A DNA stretch of 64,000 nucleotides, from sequence record MN047793.1; one strand, given 5' to 3'. The position numbers and the translations under genes are program-made. Below are positions 18,599-30,500 of this stretch, in pieces. The stretch's first letter is position 1. Each line of letters starts with the position of its first letter. The notes beneath the pieces were generated by a model that saw only the letters and a program-made list of their open reading frames with translations, did not search any database and was not told the origin of the DNA.

Positions 18599-21514
18599 AT
18601 GAGACAGGTTAGTAGAGCGGAAAATTGGGAACGTGCACATGAAGCGTTCCAGCAAATCAACTTCTCGGCATGGGATTATAATAGTGTAAAGGAATCATTA
18701 CTTGATTATCTAAAGCTATATTATCCTGAAGATTTTAATGACTTCACTGAAAACAGTGATATGGTCGCCGTACTTGAGTTATTTGCATATGTTGGACAGT
18801 TATTCGCATACCGCTATGACTTAAATGCTCATGAGAACTTCATTTCTGTAGCAGAACGTAAAGAATCAGTATTACGTCTAGCTAAGCTACTATCATATAA
18901 TGCTTCAAGAAATATTCCTGCTCGTGGATTGGTGAAAGTCACATCAATCATTACCACTGAGCGAGTATTCGATTCTAAAGGTAATGACCTAGCCAATAAG
19001 ACAATTTATTGGAATGACCCTAATAATCCAAACTGGAAAGAACAATTCACGCTGGTTATCAATCGTGTATTGGAGCAAGAGTTTGGTTCAGTTTTACCAT
19101 CAGATCGTGTACAAGTTAATGATGTATTATTTGAACTATACCCATTAAAGAATGATCCGCTTCTTCCTACATTAACTATTCCATTCAATATTACTGTGTC
19201 TGGTAATAACTATCCAATGGAAGTTGTAAGCTCCAGATTGAATGAATTTGGTCCATATGAAAAACGACCAGAAAAGAATCAACGTCTAAACTTCATTTAC
19301 CTATCTGATGGTCTTGGAGATTCTTCCGAGAATACAGGTTTCTTCTATCTTGTAAAACAAGGTAGTTTAGGCCGTACAGAAATGACATTTGATGGTGTCA
19401 CTCCAAATCAAACATTTGATGTCAATATTGTCAATTGTAACGAAACTGACGTATGGCTAAACAATATTGACCCTGACACGGGTAGCATTATTGTTGGCGA
19501 TGATGTAACCGCAGAAACCCGTTTCGGTGAATGGGATCGCGTAGATATCGCAAATTCACAGAACGTTATTTTCAATACCAATCCACAACGTAACAAGTAT
19601 GAAGTCGAAACCATCGCACAGGGTGACCGTGAAGATATGTTCCGCCTCATATTCGGTGATGGTAAATTTGCCAATATTCCTAGTGGTACCTTTGAAGTAT
19701 GGTATCGTGTATCGGCTAATGAAGACCTCATTATTCCGACTAATGCTATTCAAAACTCTGGCACGACATTTACCTACCGTGATGCTGACAATAAAGAGCA
19801 GACATTCTCTACCAACTTCTCGTTAACTAATCCAATTCAGAATGCTGCACCATCTGAAACGATTGAGCATATCCGTCGTATCGCTCCTGCGGTGTATTAC
19901 ACCCAAGATCGTATGGTTAATGGTAGAGATTATAATGATTTCCCGTTACAAGATAATACCATACTTAAACTTCGAGCAATTAATAGAACGTTTGCTGGAG
20001 ATTCGAAATATATTAATTGGCATGATGCTAGTGAATATTATGAGAACGTAAAACTATTCGGTAACGATCTAGTAATCTATTATAAAAATTATGAAGAACG
20101 TATCTCTATTCCCGCTACTGTATTACCAGCTGATGATGGTGGAGCTAACGTTGCGTTAATTAATGCCTTGATTCAAAACTGGTTACAGCCAGTATTACAG
20201 TCAGAATCATATTTCATGAAAGCTGTAATTGGCGGAACTCCACCTACGGATGTACGTACCGTATTTACGGCAGCAGAACTAGTTAATATTGAGTCCGGGT
20301 TAGCAACCATTATTAATAATGTGCCGGGATCATTATATTTTAACTTTGATACTGCTACTAATGTATGGTCAGTTTCTACAACGCCACCAATTGCGGGCTA
20401 TTGGTTCTATATCCAGTCGAACAATGACAATAGCTTCCAGATTCTGTTCAATGCTATTCGTATGGTTATGCATAGTAATGACACCAAGTTTTGGGTAACT
20501 AACGATAATCAAAAAGTTACCACATATGATACCTTTGCTAATCGTTATGATACCGTTAGTGTATTGCGGGCAAATATTGGAACTACGGGCAACATTTTAA
20601 CTAGAAACTATGATTTTAGAGTATTACGCCAAGATACGATAACACTTGGAGAAGAAATAGGTACGAATAGTATTCATGATTTACTAGTATTACCTAATGA
20701 TGAAAATCTGGATGGCATTCCTGATGATATCTCATTAAGCTACTTAATCAGTAGCGAAAATCCATCACGAGTATACTTTAATAGAGCTACCACTAGTGAT
20801 GAATGGGTATATGTACCATTTAGCCAAGATGCGGTTGCCGCATACGAAGCAGATCGTACCGCAGGTATTGGTTTATGGAAACGTGAGCGCGGAGTTGAAG
20901 GATTAAACTTCTTATGGATGCACCGTACTCCACGCTATCATTTAATCGATCCATCACCAACCAATATCATTGACTGGTTTATCATTAGTCGTAGTTATTA
21001 CTTCAGTACTCGTCTATGGCTGAATGGTACGTTGGATACAAAGCCGACTCCTCCTACTCCATTCCAATTGAAGTCTGATTATTCTGAACTGTTAGAAAGT
21101 AAGATGATTTCTGATACAGTAATTTTACATCCAGGCAAATTCAAGATTATTATAGGTAATAAGGCAGAGTCTGAACTTCAGGCTACTATTAAAGTTATTC
21201 GATCAAATAATAGAACGTTAACTAATAACCAAATTAAAACTATTATCGTTGATACTATCAATATTTTCTTTGACATTGAAAAATGGGAATTCGGTGAAAC
21301 CTTCTATTTCACAGAACTAGCTAGCTATATTCATGCTAAACTTCCAGTAGATATCGATTCTATCGTATTGGTACCAAAGAATGCACAGCAGGTATTTGGT
21401 GATCTTCAACAAATTTTTGCGAAAGAAGATGAAATCATTCAGCCTAGCATCTCTGTTGATGATATCGAAATTATCGAATCATTGAATCCACGCAACCTAA
21501 AACAGACGCTATAA
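18599..21514 (+). CDS. gp6: Baseplate wedge protein gp6-like
   Basis: DYNSVKESL.DYLK..YPEDFNDF, LELFAY, ENFI..AER.ESVLRLA..LSYN, FGDG.F, ETIEHIR..AP..YYTQDRMV...DY. Confidence 0.88.
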   Translation: MRQVSRAENWERAHEAFQQINFSAWDYNSVKESLLDYLKLYYPEDFNDFTENSDMVAVLELFAYVGQLFAYRYDLNAHENFISVAERKESVLRLAKLLSYNASRNIPARGLVKVTSIITTERVFDSKGNDLANKTIYWNDPNNPNWKEQFTLVINRVLEQEFGSVLPSDRVQVNDVLFELYPLKNDPLLPTLTIPFNITVSGNNYPMEVVSSRLNEFGPYEKRPEKNQRLNFIYLSDGLGDSSENTGFFYLVKQGSLGRTEMTFDGVTPNQTFDVNIVNCNETDVWLNNIDPDTGSIIVGDDVTAETRFGEWDRVDIANSQNVIFNTNPQRNKYEVETIAQGDREDMFRLIFGDGKFANIPSGTFEVWYRVSANEDLIIPTNAIQNSGTTFTYRDADNKEQTFSTNFSLTNPIQNAAPSETIEHIRRIAPAVYYTQDRMVNGRDYNDFPLQDNTILKLRAINRTFAGDSKYINWHDASEYYENVKLFGNDLVIYYKNYEERISIPATVLPADDGGANVALINALIQNWLQPVLQSESYFMKAVIGGTPPTDVRTVFTAAELVNIESGLATIINNVPGSLYFNFDTATNVWSVSTTPPIAGYWFYIQSNNDNSFQILFNAIRMVMHSNDTKFWVTNDNQKVTTYDTFANRYDTVSVLRANIGTTGNILTRNYDFRVLRQDTITLGEEIGTNSIHDLLVLPNDENLDGIPDDISLSYLISSENPSRVYFNRATTSDEWVYVPFSQDAVAAYEADRTAGIGLWKRERGVEGLNFLWMHRTPRYHLIDPSPTNIIDWFIISRSYYFSTRLWLNGTLDTKPTPPTPFQLKSDYSELLESKMISDTVILHPGKFKIIIGNKAESELQATIKVIRSNNRTLTNNQIKTIIVDTINIFFDIEKWEFGETFYFTELASYIHAKLPVDIDSIVLVPKNAQQVFGDLQQIFAKEDEIIQPSISVDDIEIIESLNPRNLKQTL

Positions 21515-21590
21515 TTGGTAATAAATTGGGCCGAAATTCGGCCCAACACCAGCACTAAATAGTTCTATACTATTTTAGGACTGACCAAAC

Positions 21591-24500
21591 GTGGCTGATA
21601 AAAACTCAGATTACAAAAAGAAGCATTTGAACTTAAATGACTTCCTCCCGGCAACTAACCGGGGCGAGTTTATGGATTCATTAAATAAGAATCTATTTAA
21701 TCGTTATCTGACGAAAGATGAATTTGACCATATTGTAGGTATCATTGGTGATGCTGATCCTAATGATAAAATTAACAAGCAAATTACTGAGCGATCATCA
21801 TTCCGTCAAGCGAATCAACTACAGCCAGTAGTTTCAAAGAAGATCGGTTCAATTAATCACTTCATGAGTTTTGAAGACTTTATGACCCGCATTGGTCGTA
21901 CCGGTGTTGATACTGATAAATTTGATGAATGGGGTAATGCCCTTCAATTCAACTGGGTACCACCTATCGATATGGATAAGATGGTAAACTATCGTGATTA
22001 TTACTGGGACAGCCTAGTTAATCGTGACCACTCAATTCCACAATACATCACTATTAAGAGTCAGCAGAATTGGTCAGCAGCACGTTTTCGACAATCACTG
22101 AAGACATTAGTCGATGTGGTAGGATTAACCAATGTAGCATCTGCTAATGCTAGTCAGAAAAAAATTGCTATTGCTGGTAATCTAGTAGATACATTTAGGG
22201 CTGGTGAGCACTTTGTACTGTCACAAGCTGACGGTTCATTGGACTTACTATCAATCCGTAACGTTACGCTGAACGTGGCTACTGGTAATACTGAACTAGA
22301 AACCAATGAAGCGTTTTCAACATCTACTCCACTAACTGCATACCTTACTCGTGCCGACATTTCAGTTACCAGTATCTCAGGTAATAAAGTCACTGTGTCT
22401 GGTGACTTTAGTAATCTACTGATTAAGGATTACGTTATTGGCATCAATACATCAGCTTTAAAGCTGATGGAAATCGAAAGTAGTTCATTTGATGCTCTTA
22501 CTAACGTAACCACCATTACTGTAGCTGGATTGAATCAGAATAATTTTACTAAAATCTCTCTATTTCCGACAGTATCATTAATGCAGGCTGAAGCAGAGGT
22601 GTCAGTAAACCCGACATCAATTCTTCCCCAAGGTCAATGGAGTAATGATACCATTGGTAAACTTCTATGGTATTCCAATACTGAACTACTAAATGGTTCG
22701 ACGGGACGTACGGTATTCGGATCAACATTACTTGAAGATATTACTAAAGATTTCACAGCATTTGGTATTCAGACTAGCGATCTATTAGAAATTGCTGAAG
22801 GTAATAAAGGTTCGGGACTGTATTCAGTTGCAGCAGTATCACCAACACAAATTTTCACCAACAACCAATTCTTCTCTGCACAAAACATTTCGTATCGTGT
22901 TATTCGACCGTTTTCTGTTGAAAGCATTTCATCAACTGTGTCCCCAGGAAACGTATCACCTAACGCACTGTGGTTTAATCCTACTAATGATTCTCTATAC
23001 CAATGGAATGGTTCCACATGGAACATCGTATTAGTAGGATTATCATTACTCAAAACCCTGATTAGTGACCGTAAGGTAGTTAACTACAGTAATAAAAACG
23101 ACTGGACTGCGGATAATCATTGGGTACACCGTTCACAAATTACCGAATATACTGGAATGATTCGTGCACAAATGCCGATCATTGAGTACTTCCCGTACAT
23201 TGAGTTATCAGAAACTTCATATTCTACTAAATTATGGAGGTACCGTAAGGATGTAAATTCAACCTATCTAACCTCATCTACTCCACCAAAATTAGTTGAA
23301 CTGTTTAATTTCCGTTACTCTGGAAATGAATTTGCGTTCACCGACCTACGTACGATGGTATTCCATAATAAGTACGGCAATTTTGTGTCAGAGCTTAAAG
23401 CTGGTGACGTAATGCGGTTATCTGGATTTACCCAGAACGACGGACTATACACCGTCAAATCAGTATCATTCGCTCAACCTTCGCAAAATGCACGAGCGGT
23501 TTCTACTATCGAATTTGATAACCCAATCATTGCTACTAATGATCTACCTATCGGAGCAACATTTGCGCCAGAGTTAACAGCAAATGGTGATAAATTCACT
23601 GGACTATCAAGTAAACATTGGGAATTCGGCGGAATCACTGATATTAGTGCTTCAAGCCTACTACCAGAAAAGAATCCAATGTTGGACATCAATGTTGGAA
23701 CGGTAACCTCTAACGGTTTCGAAAGCATCATCGGTCTATACTCACAGACTTACTCTTCACAGGGTAACGTGTTAGTTGAACCTACTCTATTCTTTGATAA
23801 CAGTTTACATGATCTTGTACTGTACGATGATTACCAAGAAGGTGATATCCGTGTATACGTCAACGGAGAGCGCTTGTACGGGGCATTTGAGGACTTCGCG
23901 TCTAATATCAACCCAGACTACGTGGGTGGCATCAGATTCATCAATGGCTACACTGTACGCTCTACTGACGTTATTCGTATCGAGCTTGGTGAGTATGCAT
24001 TGGCTGATATCGGTCTACGTGCGGTTGAAGTTAACACTGCATCTGGCCCAGTACTTTATAATTTAACTAATATCAGAAAAATTGAACAACGCAAGGGTGA
24101 AGGAAACCAATACCCATATTTTGCGCTTCGTGATATTTTTGGCAAGAGACTAAATCTTGCGACTTCAATTTTCCGCTTCTTGGAAAGTGATACCTCACCA
24201 GTTAACTCGAATACTCTAAAGCGTATTGTATCGACTGGTGATGGTACCGATTATTCATTTGTACAGGAGCTAAAGAATCCACAAACTGGACAACTATATT
24301 GTTACTACGATTTCCAGCAAATTGGTGATGAGTTACAAACTATCTGGAAGCGAGGAACATACAGTGAACAGTATGTTCCTCTCAAGATTGATGGTCAGTG
24401 GGAAATGCCTAATCAGTGGTACTATAACGTATCACATGACAATTATACCGAAGTAAAGCTTACAGAAATCTTCCGCCACTTTAAATCAATCATTGATGTA

Positions 24501-27500
24501 CAAAGTCAACCGGGATTATTCAGTAAAACTTCTGGACTATTTTTCCTTGACGACCAAATCAATTATGGTATTGGTGGTACTATTAAAGAACATAATGATG
24601 GATTCGACTCATTAGTTTCTTCAATTCTTGTTGAAAATGGTAATCCAGTAACGGTAATCGAATTCGCTAAGAACCAGTATGATAATCAGCTACGCTATAT
24701 CAAAGAACGTTTCTATCAAGAAGCGGCTTCCCTATTCCTAGCAGATGAAACTGTTATTACTGCAAACGATCTACAGTCATTTATCACTGATTCTCTAATA
24801 AATTACGTAGAGAACAACGGTAAATTCGACCAGTGGTTTGGTGACTCTACGTCATACAACCCAACAACTAAGCTAGGGGTTCGTAATTGGATTGCCTCAT
24901 TGCCTCAGTTTGGACTAGAAGCGCGGCAACGTCCTTATATCGTTAAGGATTCTGACCAGAACTTATACGAAGTACATTGCCACGATGGTCATGTAGTAAA
25001 TGTCGCCTTCACTCCTGCGATGAATGAGCAGTTATTACGCCGTGCAGTTGGTAAGTCGCCGTCAATCACACAATTAGTGACTAATGAAAACGTACCGTTC
25101 CCGACCACAGTAAATGGTAATCAGCTTTCTATTGGTACATATCTAATCCGTACAAACACGGTTGCTAAGACACGTAAACTATATCGTGCTACTCAACTCG
25201 GTGTATGGCAAGAGTTAGATTTAAATAGTATATTCGCAAATGCAGTTCTAGAATTAGAAACCCGTCTATACAATACATTAGATGTTAATACTGATGCTAT
25301 TAATTTCAAATCAGTATATGATTTCAGTAAGGTAGAATCTAATAGTGGATATTCTTCATTAATGGAAGAACAGTTCCAGGCATATGCAGTAACAGAAGGT
25401 ATTGACTCTCCTCTAGTTAATACGTCACGTTTCCGACAGAATAATCCATTTACATGGAATTATTATCATTCTCCAATTAAAAATGATCCATTAACTGGAA
25501 ATATTTCTTATAACACTGCCGGCACATGGCAGGCATTGTATGAAAATGTTTACGGTACAGCATACCCACATCTTGAGCCATGGAAACTTCAAGGTTATGT
25601 CAATAAGCCAACATGGTGGGATACTGAATATGCTGATATAACAGGTCTTCGCCGTTGGAAAATCGTAATGTGGGCTAACGTGTTCAATGGTATCGTTCCT
25701 ACCAGTGGAACTACTCCAGCAGGGAACCCAGGAACAAGCGTCCCAGGACAAATTACTAATCGTTTTTCATATCTTCCAGTAAACGTGTCAGGCACGACAA
25801 CTGACGATGGCTATGCCCCAGACGATATTCTTCCACCATATTGGAACAGTATTAACACCAGCGATACTCGCGTGCGTGGATTATATGATCCAAACTTTGG
25901 TGAGTTTGTCACCACCCCACAATTAAACTTCGAATTTGGACAAAATGGTTTAGTTGAATGGCAATGGAAGCAGTCCAATGCATATGCATATGATCGATTA
26001 ATTGTAGCATACAAACTTGACCCAATGCGATTCATGCATCAGACGTTTGGGGCAGAATATCAGGTAGTATCATGCCTACAAATTTCTAAAGAAACGGAGA
26101 AGGTGTTTAGCCATTCGGATATGATTTTCCATGGTGATTATCAAGACGATACTAATGACATTTACCGTGCTCATGGATTGAATCAATGGTACGTCCATTA
26201 CAACCGTTATAGCGGTTTTGATGGTGTTTCTTCAGAATTCCGTTCCCTATGGAAGGAATGGGAAACTGACCTTGCATATCTTGTTGGCGCTTTCTTAGAT
26301 ACTCCAAGTTTCCGTATCAATAGCGATTTCTTTGATATTACAACTAAAGATTATGAGATTGCCGTTAAGAAAACTAAGGGTATCCGTGACGTATGGTTGA
26401 ATTCATTAAATGCGACCGCAATAACAGTGCCTTCACAATATGCGAAACTTCGTGACCAAGGAATTGGCTGGACAGTAGAATTTGCTAATACTAATCCAGT
26501 ATCTCGTCCAATAGAATATTTTGCTACACAAAATTACTCCGTAAATTTAAATACTGGTACTAGTACATTCCGTACGTATTCATATCCGCTAAAGAGTGCA
26601 GACGTAACAGCTGCTAGAGGATATCAACAAGCGACGTTTAATAGTCCGGTAGCATTAAATTTATTGACCGGGTTATCTAACCAGACATACACTGCGAATA
26701 TTACATTCAATAATACTACAACGGTATCCCTAAGCATTGCTGGAACTACAGTTACTACATTCTCTGACCTAATTGATAATATTAACAATCAACTAGGAAC
26801 ATCGGGAGTTATGGTTATTGAAAATGGTAATTTAGTGGTATACAGCGGTAACTCTACTTCAAGTACTTCCGTAGAAATCGCCGACGGTAATTTGTTCAAC
26901 GCAATTACTGGATTTGTTTCATTCGAAGACCCTGCAACGACAAGTAATAAATTTGAGAAGGTATTCCGTATAGATGGTAATTTTTACGGAACGTTTGTGG
27001 ATGCAGGTAGTATAATCATTCGGAACGCTGGGGTATTCAATGGTACATATACTATCAGTAATGTGTACTATGATAGTGCAACATTCCAAACCTTAGTATT
27101 CGTTAATGAATCTGTTACTTTACCTACTACAGGAGCAGTTCCTGTAACTGGAGTAATTGAACCAGTTAATGCTAAGACTCTTCCTGATGAATGGACTACC
27201 GGAACAGTTGTTTATTTCAACACTACAGGATACTTACCAAATAATCTTGATGACGAACTACCATATTATCTGATTCGTGTAAACGCTCGCGAGTTCCGCG
27301 TAGCAGAAACGGCCGAGGCAGCAGAGAAGGGGATTGCCATCACTCCTTCAGGTAATGCTATGGGCGAAGTGTTCATCGGGAATATCCTAATGACATTTAA
27401 CGCTCTTGGTGGAACACTAACGGATTACAACTGGCGTCGTCACGCTGTAGACACTCGTTATGTTGAGAATTCTTCAACATTGAGTATTTCAGGAATCCAA

Positions 27501-30500
27501 CAAATGGTGGACTTCCTTACAGGCTTCGATGAGTACTCTCAGGCACAAGGCTTCCGCTACCGTAATGTAAATGGAGAGAATGCAGACCCAGTTACTGGCA
27601 GAAATAATGACTGGCAGACTGAAACTGAAAAATTCATTAATTGGCTATATGCTCTACGTAATTCGCAGCAAGAAACTATGTTGCGTTATGATGTAGTAGG
27701 AAATGCGTCGAACAATGCATTGGCAATGACATCCGGTTCCGTCCCTAATTGGGCAAATGGAACTGCGGTCGTATTACTACCACAAAATGGTTCAACTCTT
27801 CCGCCAGAATTCGATAATCCACTTTCTTCAACTGTTCCATATTACGTAATTCGTGTGGCTAATAATACTAATGAATTTAAATTAGCAGCAACGGCGTATG
27901 ATGCAGCAAAGGGTAATGCTATTACTTTAACTGGTAATGGTAGTGGCACCTTCCAAGTAATGGTTTATAAAGCTATTACAAAATTCCCATCATACGAGTT
28001 AAATCCATTCAAGAACTACATCTGGATCAACCATGAAACGGGTGTTCTAGCTAACGTGCTGGATGATGATTATACTGACCCAATGAGTGCATCAAGATTA
28101 TTTGATAATAATCTTCTAGAATTAAATGCACAAAATGTTCTAGTGTTCCGCGAGGATAAAGAAAGTCGAATCTCATTAACTGGAGATAGTATCACTAATA
28201 ATGAATCTGGTAAAACAAATTCATATATGGCAGGTATGCATCTATTCTTTGACGGATTTGAACATATGATTCGATTCGAAGATAGGTCAGTAGATAATTC
28301 ATTAATTTATGACTCTTTCTTTGGATTAAACACTCCACGATTCTACGTTGAATTTGATCGCCAACAAGATTTCACTTTACGTCCAAACGTAGGCGGATTC
28401 TTCATGAGCGGTAGTAGTCTCGTACAAAACTTTGAATCTACTGTAAATGATATGCGCTATTATTACGATAGTGTTAAGGCCCCTGAAGGTCGTGCAACTA
28501 CAGATTTAGTTCGTCAATCATTAGGTTATGATGGAGCCAAAGAGTATATGGATGATTTGAAAATCAATCCTAAAACTCAATTCCAGTTCTGGCAGGGTAT
28601 GATCCAGAATAAGGGTACTAATAAGGCTGTAACGGCATTCGTCAATCAAGATACATTTGACACCGCATTAGTTGATGAATTCTGGGCATATAAGGTTGCA
28701 GAATTTGGTGACAATAAAGAACGTAATCACATCGAAATGAAGTTACTACCAAGTGACGTTGTTAAGAATGAACTACGTGTAGAATTTATTGCACCAGAAA
28801 ATACTGCGGTAGACTCTACGTTTACCAGTGTCGCATTAACTGACCTATCTCGCTGGTGGAATCAACCTGACCAAATTCAGGCAATGTCACCTAATGAAGC
28901 ATTCTTCTTCAATGCAAAGGTAGTTAATTACATCGCAGATTTAGCTCCATGGATTAAGGTAGTGAATGGTAAGCGCATATTCCAATCACCATCATATTAC
29001 ATGGACGCAGTGGTTGTAACATATTTCAATCCATTAACCAAGAAGACTGTTACCTTAAACGAAGGACTTGAGTACAAATTCTTGAACGCAAAAATCATTG
29101 AATTTATGGTAGACCTCAACACTCTACCTACAGTTTCTATGAGTATGCTATCTTATGATTATGATTCTCAAAACCCCGCTAAGGTAATCGATAAAGATGC
29201 CGGACAAGTAGTGGCAACACTACCCATCTGGAACCCAGCTATGGGTCATTACTTCGATGCAGCATACTATGCAGTAGACTTACATCGTCCTACCGACCCG
29301 GCAATTTATACAAATTCACTGGATGGTTCAGATACTGGTAATGCTACTTGGAAGAATAACCATGTAGGAACTGTTTGGTTGGACAATAAGCTGGAGCAGT
29401 ACGTACCGTATTACGACAAGACTGTGTACCCATCAACCGGTGCCCGTATATCTCGTTGGGGTAAACTAGCACCGTGGGCAGAAATTAATCTATACCAATG
29501 GACGCGTACCCTTATCGCTCCGGAAGATTATGATGAAATCGCACGTCGTCAGTCTTATGACATGTCAATTGCTGATGCAGATAAAGAAACTGGTACAACA
29601 TACAAGCGTCTATATCTAAACAGTAATGCACTAGACCCGGAAACCTCTAACCTTGACCCATTCTGGGTAGAAGTTAAGGATACCCATTATGACTTCACAG
29701 CTGGATTAAGTGAAGATAGTATGAACAATACCTTGGGCGGTAAGGTTGTTGAAGTGTACATAAACGCCGTATATCGTGAAACCATTGAATTTGAAGATGG
29801 TAATGCTGTACGTGCATATTTCACTCAATTCAATTTCGGTGATTACTGTCATGTAATCGCACGTGCGGAAGTACCGACATCCGAGCAATTAGAAGCTGGG
29901 GTATATCGTTATTTCACTCCCCACACCATAGAAAAACGTTTTGATGTCAAGTCTGGACAGACATACAACGTTTACTATTATTGGGTAACAGATAAAAAGC
30001 AGCCACTTTCTGATTTAAACCCATCAGTGTCTTTATATTCAGCAAAACGTCAATTGACTGATATGTCAGAGCCGTATATAATCCTACAGGGTCTACGTAC
30101 ACCTGACTTCGGTTATGGTTTGATATTCGGTCACGTGTTCGATGAATTTGCCTTCAACCTACCATATCGTTATACCCAAATGGTAGCAAAGGGACTTCAT
30201 GGTACAGTAAAAGATAATAACCGTTCAATAATTCGCTTCACTCGTGACTTCACCCTACGTGACAAGTTAGACGCGGATTCCATCACGCCTAAGAACCGTC
30301 ATGAAGAATGGAAGCTATTCCGTGAGCAACAATTAGAGAAAGTCGATAGATACCTGTGGAATAAGATTACCGAAGCTCTTATTGGATTCCGTTTAAGTAC
30401 TGATTATAATTCTGCGAATACGAATAAACCAATTCCATCATTAAATAGAATCTTATTCGACCGTTTATACCAAGCTGATACTCAATATGGTTTAGGTGAT

